Shown: positions 44,790 through 56,309 of the stretch, piece after piece
How the letters are laid out: each line of letters opens with the position of its first letter
Position numbering within the stretch: the stretch's first letter is position 1
Assembly (NCBI GenBank): GCA_004764695.1
Contig: SMSO01000035.1
Span: 4,600,040-4,664,039, forward strand
Length of the DNA: 64,000 nucleotides
Source of the DNA: Schizochytrium sp. TIO01
Taxonomy: Eukaryota; Protista; Bigyra: Labyrinthulomycetes
Direction of reading: 5' to 3'
Position numbers and translations under genes: made by a program
The notes under the pieces: generated by a model
Database searches by the model: none
What the model saw: the letters and a program-made list of their open reading frames with translations, nothing else
What the model was told of the DNA's origin: nothing

Positions 44790-46427
44790 ATGATGTTGGC
44801 GCGCTCGAGCGCTGCTTTGCGGGGCGTTTGGGGGCGAGGAAATGGCGTTGAACACGCGAAACTGGCAGCCAACCAGCTTCGGGCAGCAACAGCAATCTTC
44901 GGCGTAAGCGCTGTTCGAGAGCACAGTTTGCATCAAAAGCAACAACGAGCTTCAATGTCGTCGGCGATGGGTGTGCCAATGGACGAGCCGCGTCTTTTGG
45001 AGCAGATTAAGGAGTTTTATGACCGCGCAAGTGACTTTATTGATCTCGATGAGGGTGAACTGGAGCTGATCAAGGGCTGTGATGCTGCGCTTCGTGTGAC
45101 ATTTCCCTTCAAGCGTAAGGACGGCACTATTGTGGTAATTCAAGGCTACCGTGCCCACCATAGCCGGCACCGTCAGCCCGTGAAAGGAGGCATGCGATTC
45201 TCGTCGAGTGTAGATTTACAAGAGATTGAGGCCATGGCGGCCCTCATGACGCTCAAGTGTGCCGTGGTGGACGTACCTTTTGGCGGCGGCAAGGGAGGAA
45301 TTCGCATTAATCCTAGCGACTACACGGAGAAGGAATTAGAGCGTATTGTTCGGCGCTTTACAACAGAGCTTGCTAAAAAGTCTTTCATTGGACCTGGCCG
45401 CGACGTCCCGGGCCCAGATCTTGGTACTGGAGAGCGCGAGATGAGTTGGATGGCAGACACCTATGTAAAGCTCTTTGGCGCCACTGACATTCATGCAAAC
45501 GGTGTGGTCACCGGTAAGCCGCTCAGCATGGGTGGTATCGAAGGACGAACCGAAGCCACAGGTCTTGGTGTGTACTACGCAGTCCGTGAATTCATGAGCG
45601 ACCCGTTTATCATGGAACAGGCTGGCCTCCGAGAAAGCACTAGCACAAACCTTGTGGGCCGTAGCTTCATTGTTCAAGGATTTGGCAAGGTCGGATACCA
45701 TGCTGCTTTATACATTCACCGTGCTGGTGGTAAGATCGTCGGTGTTAGCGACCGAAAGTGTGGTATTCTGCGTTGGGAGGGCATTGACCCAGAGTGGCTG
45801 AAGCAATACAAAATCGAGCATGGCAGTGTAGATGGCGCTTTCAAGGATAGTGATCTTGACGCATGCTACCGCGGAGAGGATGTTAGCAAGCTTCTCGAGG
45901 AGCCGAGCGACGTTCTTGTCCTTGCAGCATTCCAGCAACAGATTCATGTTGGTAACGCCCCTCGAATCCAAGCACGTATCATTGTCGAGGCGGCAAATGG
46001 CCCTATCACGCCCTATGCGGAGGAAATCTTGGAACGTAGGAAATCTGGTCCAGCTGTCGTGATTCCTGATGTACTGGCGAGCGCAGGCGGTCTGACAGTT
46101 TCCTACTTTGAGTGGCTCAAGTCTCTCTCTAACGTTCGCTTTGGGCGCTTGACAAAGAAGTGGGAAGAACGTAGTAAACTTGTCATGCTTGAAGCTTGGG
46201 AAGAGATTGGTGGTTCCGTCGACTCTGAGAAGCGCCACCGTATCCTCCAGGGTCCTTCTGAGCGCGACATTGTCTTTTCTGGCCTCGCCGACAGCATGAT
46301 TGTTGCTGCACAGGACACAATCGACACCTCAAAGCGTCTCCGATGCTCCTTGCGTCAAGCCGCTTATGTTAATGCCATCACAAAGATTCATGAGAGTATG
46401 AAGCACGCCGGTCTTTTCTTAGCCTAA
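44790..46427 (+). CDS. GDH: Mitochondrial NAD(P)-dependent glutamate dehydrogenase
   Basis: Transit peptide. Motifs GYRAHH, PVKGGMRF, VPFGGGKGG, DVPGPD, VTGKP, GRTEATG, QGFGKVG, EAANGP and VSYFEW. Confidence 0.97.
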   Translation: MMLARSSAALRGVWGRGNGVEHAKLAANQLRAATAIFGVSAVREHSLHQKQQRASMSSAMGVPMDEPRLLEQIKEFYDRASDFIDLDEGELELIKGCDAALRVTFPFKRKDGTIVVIQGYRAHHSRHRQPVKGGMRFSSSVDLQEIEAMAALMTLKCAVVDVPFGGGKGGIRINPSDYTEKELERIVRRFTTELAKKSFIGPGRDVPGPDLGTGEREMSWMADTYVKLFGATDIHANGVVTGKPLSMGGIEGRTEATGLGVYYAVREFMSDPFIMEQAGLRESTSTNLVGRSFIVQGFGKVGYHAALYIHRAGGKIVGVSDRKCGILRWEGIDPEWLKQYKIEHGSVDGAFKDSDLDACYRGEDVSKLLEEPSDVLVLAAFQQQIHVGNAPRIQARIIVEAANGPITPYAEEILERRKSGPAVVIPDVLASAGGLTVSYFEWLKSLSNVRFGRLTKKWEERSKLVMLEAWEEIGGSVDSEKRHRILQGPSERDIVFSGLADSMIVAAQDTIDTSKRLRCSLRQAAYVNAITKIHESMKHAGLFLA

Positions 46428-46928
46428 GTAATAATACATTGAGCGAGGCTTTCAGTGGCAATGACCTCGTCAGTGTTTCCTTTCGCGACCCGTTCTTTTG
46501 GGAGCGTGGCGTGGAGACTAATCATTATACATTTGCAACAACCAACCACGAAGGCAATCTACACCATCCCATGCAATGAGAGGAGAAATGGTGAAAAAAA
46601 AATATCATTATAGCTGAAGAACGAAATCTCCGATTAACTGATGCCTTACTTCGTTCGTTTGTTTGTTTTTGTTTACTTTTCTTGAACGTAGAACTGTTCT
46701 TTGGACATAACATTTTATAGCCCAGTACATGCCACATAGCCCCCCCCCCCAAAAAAAAAGGATACACAGATTTTCTAAAAATGTAGCTAGGGCTATAGCT
46801 TGTCGTCTAAAACGACATACTCGTGTTGGAGCTGCCAGACAGAACTTGTTTCAAATTATATAACACTAACTTCCCTGCTTTATAGGAGGTTGATAAACTC
46901 CGCCTCCATCTCGCCCAAAAATAAACGA

Positions 46929-47080
46929 ATGTTCTGGCAGGAAAGAGAGTGCAAAGTAAACGAAAGATAGGCCAAGGCACGATGTTCTGGCAGAAAGAGA
47001 GTGTCAAACATTGCAAAGTAAACGAAAGATAGGCCAAGGCCCAATGTTCTGGCAGGAAGAGAGTGGCATACATTGCAAAA
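46929..47080. repeat. ~53-63-bp tandem repeat, ~2.5 copies, upstream of RAD1
   Basis: ATGTTCTGGCAG..AGAGAGTG occurs three times and GCAAAGTAAACGAAAGATAGGCCAAGGC twice. Confidence 0.88.
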
Positions 47081-47259
47081 CGCTTCGAAGTGCTAAACAT
47101 GCCCCTAATAGACTACTAGGAGCTTCATTTTTGGGAGTGGTAGTTGAGTTTTTTAAAAAAGAAAAGAAAAACAGCTTTGAAAGTTTTAGAAAACTCGTTC
47201 CTTGTCTTCACGTCCAAAACCATAATCGCAACCTCTCATTTAGGTGACAGAACGCAACC

Positions 47260-48339
47260 ATGTCTCAAACACGAGGAGGAGTTCGAGGAAGCACGCAGCA
47301 GAGCGAACAGACGCACCGCAATGCCCCAGCGTTCCGTGCGACCCTGGGCAGCGCCCAGGTGCTATACACGACGCTCAAGGGCATCTCCAACGGGAAGAAG
47401 GATCAGCATGCGAACTGTGAGATCGACGCGCAAGGTTTGCAGTTTGTAGTCACAGATAAATCACTTGCCGCACAGGGCCTTGCAAGCCTGAGCAGTAAGC
47501 TCTTCGAGGTATGGGATCTTTGTGGAAATGCTTCGATGAGCTTTCGAATTAATCTCACAGTGCTTCTGCAGTGCTTAGGTCTGCTAGGCAAAGAACTCAC
47601 AGACACAATGCTAAAATTGACGTATTACGATGAGGAAGAGTACTTTAACCTACACCTTTTAGAGGGCCGCGTTGTTACAGAATGCAAGATTAGAACACTT
47701 TTTGACGAGTCTCGGCCCGATGGCCCAGTAGAGCTCGACAACGAAACCACATCCCAGAGAACCGAGACCAGTACCCGCAGCCGCGCACGAGCAGACTTCC
47801 AGGCAAACTTTCGCAACTTTCCAACGGTAAACCGTATGATTGTGAAGTCGTCTCAGCTTCGAGATGCCTTTGCAGAGCTTGGTGAGCTTGCAGGTGCTGC
47901 TACGGTCTCGGTGCTCATGTCCCCACAGAAACCATTTTTTAGGCTATCTGCAGACGGCCAGCTGGCCAGCTGCAGCGTTGATTTTCCGCAAGGAGATGAA
48001 TCGTTTTCTAGCATGAAGTGTGAAGAGCACAAGGTTTGCACATACCGTGCCTCACTCGTCCAGTTAGCCGGCAGGGCATTGCAGTTTGCAGATAAGACTT
48101 GTTTGCGCATGAATAAACAAGGAACACTGGCTTTACAGCATTTACTCGTGCAAAACGATGGGGTCAAATCCTATGTGGAGTTTTACATTTTATCCGATGC
48201 TGCCGAACTTGAGTCTCTGTCTGACGCAGATGATGAAGATGAGGATGATGACAATCAAGAGCGTGAGCATGAAGATGAGCCGGCTTCTACTTTACGAGTC
48301 GACCAATCTCAAGAAGATGACAATGACTCTCTCTCTTAA
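47260..48339 (+). CDS. RAD1: 9-1-1 checkpoint clamp subunit Rad1 (Rad1/Rec1/Rad17 family)
   Basis: PCNA-like fold pattern FRATLGSAQVLYTTLKGI, FRINLTVLLQCL, VTECKIRT, LRDAFAEL, MSPQKPFFRLS, KTCLRMNKQGTLALQH and YVEFYI, followed by an acidic tail. Confidence 0.9.
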   Translation: MSQTRGGVRGSTQQSEQTHRNAPAFRATLGSAQVLYTTLKGISNGKKDQHANCEIDAQGLQFVVTDKSLAAQGLASLSSKLFEVWDLCGNASMSFRINLTVLLQCLGLLGKELTDTMLKLTYYDEEEYFNLHLLEGRVVTECKIRTLFDESRPDGPVELDNETTSQRTETSTRSRARADFQANFRNFPTVNRMIVKSSQLRDAFAELGELAGAATVSVLMSPQKPFFRLSADGQLASCSVDFPQGDESFSSMKCEEHKVCTYRASLVQLAGRALQFADKTCLRMNKQGTLALQHLLVQNDGVKSYVEFYILSDAAELESLSDADDEDEDDDNQEREHEDEPASTLRVDQSQEDDNDSLS

Positions 48340-49099
48340 ATGTCTCTGGAACCTGATCACTTTCTTCCTATCTTCTCGCTGCATCTATTGCCTGTAATCC
48401 TACTTCGTCAATAACCATATGATAATATTCCATATTTGACTTCTCTGTGACTGTTGACAATTACTGACCATGTTTTTGGTACTTAAAGTCGACTGCCTGT
48501 TTTGCGATTTGCTTATTTAGACTTTCTCTGCAGGTTATTTGTTACTAATTATGTCCATCTAATGCATCTTGCTTACACCGTACACATGCCACTGCAACCA
48601 CAAGTAACCTTCAGCGGTGAGATCACGATGAAAGTTTACTGTTCCTTTGCTTTAAGCCTTCACATAATATACTATGTAACTGAAAATTCCATTCAATTTT
48701 GTCATCCGAGCTACACGAGAAACCCATGGTTCAAACATGTCTCTTCTGCCAGCATCTACGTCACACAGAAGACTTTTGGTTCAAAGTTCTTCCTTTCTGC
48801 TGACAAACAAACAAGTCACAGTGGAGATCTCCCTCTACTCTGTTAACATCCATGTTCCAGCGGATATCTCAATTTAACTTCATTTAGTCTGTCTATCCTT
48901 TTACTCCAGGGCATATTTGCATGTAAGAGTCAAGTATCAAGCAAAAGAAATATTCATTCACGACAATGAATCATCAATGATGCACGCATGTGTCAAATTT
49001 CACAAGAGAGATAGTTTTTGCTAAATTTGTTTGTTAGTTTTGCTTGTATGTAGGATGGGTTGGTTGATTAGTTGATTGGTATTAGGAACAATAATTCTC

Positions 49100-50389
49100 T
49101 TAGACATTGATGGCGCGGGAGAGGAGCTGTACCCTGTTGAGAAGCACATCACCCTGCTTAATGACGCTCTGGTAGCGGGCGTTGGTCTCATTGGGCTGGC
49201 TAGACTCAATAACGCCGCCAACCTTGTCAATCTTTGCATTCAAGCGGCGCGAGGAAATGAAGTGGGAAAGCTCTGTGTCAAGGAATTCTGTGGAGATGCC
49301 GAATGACTTTGCCATGGAGCTGATGGTTACACTCTTGTAAGACTCAAGAAACTGCTGGTATGCCTTAATGCGCACCTCGCGAAAAAACCAATCCTTGTGC
49401 TTGGCAATGTATCGGTCTGTACACAGGCGTTGGTTGAGCTTAACGAGGGATGCAAAGAAACCTTTGTAGTCACACTCGTGCAGAGTGTTCATGAACTCCT
49501 GGAGGTTGTCCACGTCGCGTACAACAGCCAGGACCTCCGGCGAGTCGATGACCTTCTTTTTGAAGTCCACACGTCCTAGCGCCAGGATGCTCGTAACCAC
49601 CGTGTAGAAGATGAAGGTCTCGTACGGGAAGAGCTCAGAGCTCGTGAAGGTGGCCACTGCTGAAAGAAAGTCCTCTGCAGCCTTGTTGAAGTCCCTCGAC
49701 GCCATGTGGTACAGTCCCCGGTATACCTTAAGTCTGTTGCGGCGGTCCCAGTCGCCACCCTTCTCCAGGAGCCTCTCGGCCTCATCGAGGTTGGTCTTGA
49801 CAAGCGTGTAGTCTCCCCAGAAAAATCCGAGGATAGCCTTTCGCAACACCACATCGATGAGCTGACCAGTTGACATGGACTTAAGGCTTGCTACTTCATC
49901 ATATGAGGCAAGAGCATCCTCCTTTGAGGCTGTGCGCGACTTGAACTTGGCGATCTTGAGCAAGGCCTCCATGACCTCGATCTCACCATGATTCTCCTCG
50001 GCGTCGCGCTTGAGATCCTCCAAGCGGTCGAGCTCGCGTTCGTTGGCGCGGTCCATAGCGGCTACAATTTTCTCATCCATAATAAGGTTTCCCTCGGAGC
50101 ATGCATTCCTATAGTAGACGGCCATGCGCTCGCGCTCAAGGCGCTCCATGAGGGCATCTGCCACGTCGTTGCGATGAGGAACCAGATCGGCGCTGCATTC
50201 GAACATAAAGCGGAGCTCGGCAACTTCCATTCCCACGTCTTGGCCCTCGTCCTCATCAGGACTAGGGGGCTCGGCCGTGGGCACAGCGTGGACTACGCTG
50301 GCAGCCTGCTCCTCGACGTCCATGGCGTCATTTCCGCCTTGGCCTTCATCAGGCCGCTTCTTCGACTTGCGCTTAAGGAGGCCAAACAT
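49100..50389 (-). CDS. RPN7: 26S proteasome lid subunit RPN7/PSMD6
   Basis: Motifs GGDWDRRNRLKVYRG, RDFNKAA, TFTSSEL, YQQFLESYKSVT and AKIDKVGGVIE; C-terminal PCI domain. Confidence 0.97.
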   Translation of the reverse strand: MFGLLKRKSKKRPDEGQGGNDAMDVEEQAASVVHAVPTAEPPSPDEDEGQDVGMEVAELRFMFECSADLVPHRNDVADALMERLERERMAVYYRNACSEGNLIMDEKIVAAMDRANERELDRLEDLKRDAEENHGEIEVMEALLKIAKFKSRTASKEDALASYDEVASLKSMSTGQLIDVVLRKAILGFFWGDYTLVKTNLDEAERLLEKGGDWDRRNRLKVYRGLYHMASRDFNKAAEDFLSAVATFTSSELFPYETFIFYTVVTSILALGRVDFKKKVIDSPEVLAVVRDVDNLQEFMNTLHECDYKGFFASLVKLNQRLCTDRYIAKHKDWFFREVRIKAYQQFLESYKSVTISSMAKSFGISTEFLDTELSHFISSRRLNAKIDKVGGVIESSQPNETNARYQSVIKQGDVLLNRVQLLSRAINV

Positions 50390-51551
50390 TGTCTCGAGGC
50401 GGAGGGAACGCTCTGCTGCTGATGCTGCTTCTGCGTGTGACGAAGCGTAAGCGACCGGAGGACGCTAAGCTTTCGGGGTCTGGGGCTCAAGCTTTCTTCG
50501 TAGCTATCTATGCTTATGTTTGCTTTGGCTTCTTTCGTCTTCGTCGTCGTTCTCTGTATTTATCAGGATTCTCCTCCTTTTTCTTTGATTGGGGATCATA
50601 AAATGATATGGGAAAAGGCACATTTCTATTATAATCTTTAAGTTTTATACAAATCCTTTCTGAGGCCAGTCCCGTTGGAGTTCAATATTGAGGCCAGCTT
50701 CGTAAACCTTCTCTTTGGTCTTCACGCGTTGCTGATCGTCGATCGATGCGCTCTTTGATGCTTGCTTTCTGTCCTATTAAAATACACGTCCGAAAAGCGA
50801 TTCAATACGCTCATTCTTTCAATCAAAAGAAAAAGCAGCGTAACAGTCTTGCAGTAGGAGTTCATACCTATTCGTTAGGAGTGGGAGGGAAGAGAGCGAA
50901 CTTCGTCCAACGGCGAAGAGTCTTATGGGAGAAACACGCAATCTTTGGTATGCTTTTAAGTGTAACGAACAAGGTGTATTAAAGCTGTCTAATAGGACTA
51001 GGGGTTAGTTGAGGCATTGTGAAAAGACGAATGACTTGAAGATAAACACATGAACTTGGATTCTAGGCATGCTCCAGACTGCAGCACCATGGATGAATTT
51101 AAATGTCTCTGCCAGAATCCGCCAATTTAGGCTGTTGCTAAAATTGTCGAACTTAGATTTACGCTCCCAAGTGCTGAGGAGTAATAATTATGGTGACAGT
51201 GAATTATTTATCTATCAGCTACCTATGTAGAGCTAGAGTAGTCTCACTGAAGTCTCCACGGCTGGCCGCAAATCTTTTCTCAGCTACCAGGCTATAAACC
51301 CATGCACGGATCATTTGATATACGCAGTCTACATGCAGATTGGCATGCTCTATGGAAAACTTGAGCTTGTAGCGAAGACCGTCCACTCTGAGGTAAAAGT
51401 CTAGCAAGTCACATTTGGTTGCCACTTCAATATATTATCAGGTGTAGCGTTATTACTATTACAATTACAACATTTATAGCAGTATAATTATTGTTATGTA
51501 CACCAAAATAGCTAATAATACAAAGCAAAACGCGATCAGAGAGTCGAGACG

Positions 51552-52508
51552 ATGTGGACTTTGCGGCTAGCGGCTGCGTTCGCAGCGCTGGCAGCTGTGT
51601 TGTCACCAACATTGGCGTGCATGCCAGCAGACAGCGACGGCTCTGTGGAGATTGGCTCGACGACCTACGTGTGTTTGGTGAGAGATAACTCCGAGTACCT
51701 GCCGTCGAAACCGAGGGCAGATCGCTACTCGAGGTTCACGGTGTCTGGGTGTAAGTTCTGCGCTGTGGCGCGCGGGAAGTGAGAGCTTCTTCGCGGACTT
51801 TGATGAGGAATCTGAGGTTTCATGTACTGACGCACGTTAATTGGTTCATGCTTTTAAAAATATTCTCTCTGCTGGATGCTAACTTTGATGAACTCGGTTT
51901 GGCTTTCAATCGTGTCTGCGATGGACGTAAAACCTTACGTTTGCTTTTTTTTGGACTACCCAAATTGCATGAACGAACTTTTTTTAATTTTCTGGGATAA
52001 CATTGCAGCCTACGAACGCAACCAAGATTCCTGTAGAGATGAACTTTTTCATATCGAAAGTATGGGAGTCACATCTAGCTTCCGGAAGCGTTACTGCACA
52101 ATAAATGATGACGGAGACATTTTGTACTTCCCGATCCTCACAGCCATCATTACTGTGGATGAGAGTGGTGTTACTGATATTTCTTGGGATGATGGCTGCT
52201 ATTTTACTGACAGCAGTGTTTCCGACAGTGTGCAAGTATGCGTACCGAATGCGTATAGCTCAAACTCGACTGGTGCGATTGATTCTGTGCCTGAGCCTGC
52301 AGAAGGATACGACACTGCATTAACCTCAGAAACCTGCGAAGGCGAACCTGACGGTTTTTGCGACCTTGCCGTCTATGTTGCCTGGACTGGAAAGGACGTC
52401 AATGGTCGCTACATGGGCAGTGGTGGTCGGCGTTTTAGCGTATACCGCGATTATGATTTGCAGACACAGTATGATGCAATGCGCCTTTTTCTATTGAACG
52501 AAAAGTAA
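51552..52508 (+). CDS. Secreted Cys-rich hypothetical protein, 2 exons (51552-51750, 52009-52508), ~232 aa
   Basis: Signal peptide in ORF 51552. Donor GTAAGT at 51751 and acceptor TTGCAG ending at 52008 join phase 1 in frame (T+CC=Ser). C-terminal CDLAVYVAWTGKDVNGRYMGSGGRRFS looks conserved-like. Confidence 0.7.
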
Positions 52509-53315
52509 AGGAACACATGCAATGAGGATCACTATGTACTACTACGACCATCCATAAACACATTCTGCAAATTTCTCCTGAAATTCCTGGACCCAGCTGT
52601 AAACGGGTAATTTTAAATTCCTACCGCTGCTATCCTCCTCATTGGTGGGCCATCGTTAATTTTGTGTAACAACATAGAGACTGGCCTAGTAACGAAAATT
52701 ATGCAGCTCCATCATATGCGATTTATGTCTAAACTTCTTTTCTTTTTTTCTTTTGGTTTTACTTGCTTTTTGTTGTAAACAGGTGTAGTCAGCCCTTTGT
52801 TTCTGCATCAGATTAGGATAGAGAGAAAAAGTGGTAAAAGTTGCGTCGTACGTGTATGTTACTAAACCCGCAGCCGTGAATCTTCTTCTGGGTGTGTGTT
52901 GAATCTCTTCATATGCGGTGCTATGAGTAGTGAACATTTCAAAGATTTGCCTTTTGCAAGAACAGGAACTTGTTTTAAAAAAGAATAAACCAAGCAGTCA
53001 TGTTTCTAGGGACGATCAACAGACCTGGATGCAAATTTTCAATGAGAACAAAAGCTCAAATCTTACTTTTTCAATTCGCCCTTATAAAAGATACTGAATA
53101 AAGCAGGATGATGACCGAAAAAACAAACAAAAACGAATATAACAAACATGGTGTAGTTAACAATAAGAATGTTTAATTGGGCTCAATTTGGTAATGTACG
53201 GGCAACTTGAATGACAGCCTTGTCAAGTTTGGAATATTTATATTAAGAGAACAAAAATAGAACGCAGCACTTCTTTTAACAATGTCTGCGTGACCAACTT
53301 CCCTTCATGGCTAGC

Positions 53316-54907
53316 TTACGAGTCAGCATTGTCAATAATGGTTAAAGCAAGAAAACAATACATTGTCATAGTAAAGATCCCAACGAGGTATTGATTCACC
53401 ATACCAAGACTTATAATCTGACCTTGCTCAGGAGGCGCGAGAAGCGCAGTTAGGTTTGCAGAAGGCACAAAAGTTTCGTAGAACCTATGTTGTAAAGATG
53501 TTGTGTGTCAGGTTAGTATACTGTTTATTCTTATGAGCAGAGCTGAGGTTCTGTATGTTTAACTTACAATATAAGCATCATTAGTTGGTCTTTGGGGAAA
53601 AGATCAAAAGTGAGGTAAAGTACTGCATAGCATGCCCCTGGAATGATGAGAATTCGACCAAAAACAAAAAATGCCAACGTTCGTCGTGAGATTCCCATAG
53701 TTTCTTCATCCCCACCAAGAATTTCACTCCAGCGGGTCTTAGTAAGTTTGACTCCAATCAGTGTCGAAAGTGCAATAGTAACTACAGAAACGAGACCCGG
53801 GGCAATCATACGGAGAGTACTGACAAATGGTGTTGCGAATGAATTGTTGCTAAATACAAAAGTTTGAAGCGGAGTAATCAGTGCAATGACAATCGCAATC
53901 ATTTGTGACGAGACAACTGGATCTATCATTGCACCCAGTAAAAGCCGGCCTTTGCGCTTCCACGTTGACTTTTTAGAAGACATTTTTTTATCAATTGTGG
54001 TACCCCCTTCTTCAATATGAACAGTTGTCTCTGTATTTGGTAACTTGGAAAATTCTGCGGAGGAAATAGGGGTTCTAGATACTTGATCCCCAGTCGGGGT
54101 GTCACTTGCAGAAACAACAACGTTCTCCTCCTGTGCTGTTCCATTGTTGGTTTCTGAAATATTGTGCATAGCGTGTGCCCTATCGGACATTGGCTCCGAA
54201 GTTTGCTGTTGATGAACAGTGTGAATGGTTGGAGTAACATCTTCTATAGCTGGACCATGTCCGTCCTTGACATATTGATTATTTTCCAGCCTGATATCCT
54301 GTACTTGTGTCTCATCATGCGCTTTTTCAAAAGGTGCACCTGCCTCAGCCGTCGTTGACACCGGAACTTCGGTCTCTTCACCTTTGACAAGAGCTGCAGC
54401 GATAAAGAACATGATTGTAGGGATGATCGTGTATATAAAGAGGTAAACTTCTCCCTTTTCAGTACACTCAGAGGTTGTGTAAAACTCGCCACTGCCATCA
54501 GGCTTTGGTATACTGCTCGCTGCACACACGGCAGAGTTAAAAGCAAGAGGCAGAGCTGTAATGTTGGGGAAAGTCATAGCAAAGACAAACCAGTTTCGAA
54601 AACTCTTTGTAGGCCGAGCTAAAGGAACAAGTAGTATACCAAGGATACAGTTGAAAACCATAACCACAGCGCCCATCATGAGTAAAACCCAGACTTCCTG
54701 CAGAACATCAATTGTGATACCCTCACCGAGTCGTACAAATTTAATTGCGGGAATATAAATGAACTTTGCAAGCCATGATAAAGTCTTGGTGGCCTTTGCA
54801 TCAAGCCATCCACGATGCACAGCGTAGGAACCACCTCCAAGAATGAGAAAAATTGGTAGTACAGCCTTGACGCTCGCCCACATAAGATCTAATACGCTAG
54901 CCGTCAT
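53316..54907 (-). CDS. PIN-LIKES/auxin-efflux-carrier (Mem_trans) family transporter, copy 1; intron 53485-53567
   Basis: N-terminal TM block (WASVKAVLPIF...FPNITALPL), hydrophilic loop, C-terminal TM block (GRILIIPG). The 83-nt GT-AG intron restores LFYETFVPSANL...IDNADS* (TAA 53316). Confidence 0.88.
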
Positions 54908-56309
54908 TTTCTAAGTTATCTATTCGATCTCAATAGAGAGACCTACTGCCTGTGTGATTTGGTTTGCATTATGGATTTGCCTGCATTTCGGGATTCGGGC
55001 TTTAATGCTGCATTCCCGTGGAAAAATCTTCCAGCCTTTTATGTGCACCCTGAATCCTAACAGAAATTATTTTACCTTTTTCTTTTACTTTTTCTTCTTA
55101 TCATTTGAAATAGTTGGTACAAAATATTACTCTTTCTTTCTACAGTCTTCGTGTCTTGAAAAGTACCAGTATGATCTAAAACTTTTAGTACTAGTCAAAT
55201 AGTAGTAGCAGGTACCTACCCGAAACTGCGCTTTTGATACTGATAAGCACTTTTTAAAATTTAAATAACGTAGAAAAAGAAGAAAAGGAAAAGCTGTCTC
55301 CTTCAACAGCTTCCTGCTATGCCTTGTACAACTGTTTGCGAAGGAACTTGAGAGAACCGACACTATATAGCTGGGTCGCAACTAGAGATTCGCATGGTGA
55401 TTAATTGGTGCACCCTAAATACGATCGTTTGATATTCTACTCTCACTACTATATATTTCTATCAATTTTTTCACTTGGGTTAAAAACTCAAGCCAAAACA
55501 TATTCCTCCTCGCCATGATATGGCGCTCCTCCGGTACTACCTAGGTAGCACAAGTATATACCGTACTCTGCCTTGCGACGCAAACATGATATTGGATGAT
55601 CTATATGCCGTAAGCCGTTGTAATATCGTTGGCGCATAGGTACATGAAGGTTGTCTACAGGGTGCCAAGAGAAGATGCAGTCGGTTGCAATCATTTTATT
55701 TTGTGAGCCCAGTTGTTACTTTGAGTATATGCCACAAAGCAAAACTCTGTGCTGGTGAAATGTCAGTCTGTAAAAGGCTGCCATGAGAACTTCAATCCTG
55801 ACACAGGGACCTGTCAGCGATCTGGGAATTTTGTAACCATGACTGTATTTTTTAAATTAAAAATTCTTAATTTTCTAGTTCTAACCAAGAAAAGTTTTGA
55901 TACAGTAAAATCTGTATCGCATGTGCAGTTTCCCAAGAGAAGCAGGGAGGCTCAACACTGCTCGTATTGCAGAATATCATAGTACCCACTAAATTGAGAA
56001 GAAATGTTCGAGTGCGCAGCCTTTGACAAGTACGTGCGTACATTGTGAGTGATTTTGCTTTCTAGATATTTTTATGGGCGAAAAGGGGGTGGTGGTGATA
56101 TCATCGTTTCGAAACTTTTGAAATTCATCTCTTAAAACCAGTCCGATACATCCATTGTTATAAATCACGGGCCAAAATGAGTAGTTTAACATTTTACAAG
56201 ATTTGAATGAAAAAGAGCTTCGAGAAGTGCCGTGGCAACGCAGACATGACATGTATTTATAGCTACCGTGAGGAGGAGAAGCTAAATTCTACTACCAGGG
56301 TATCCTTTT

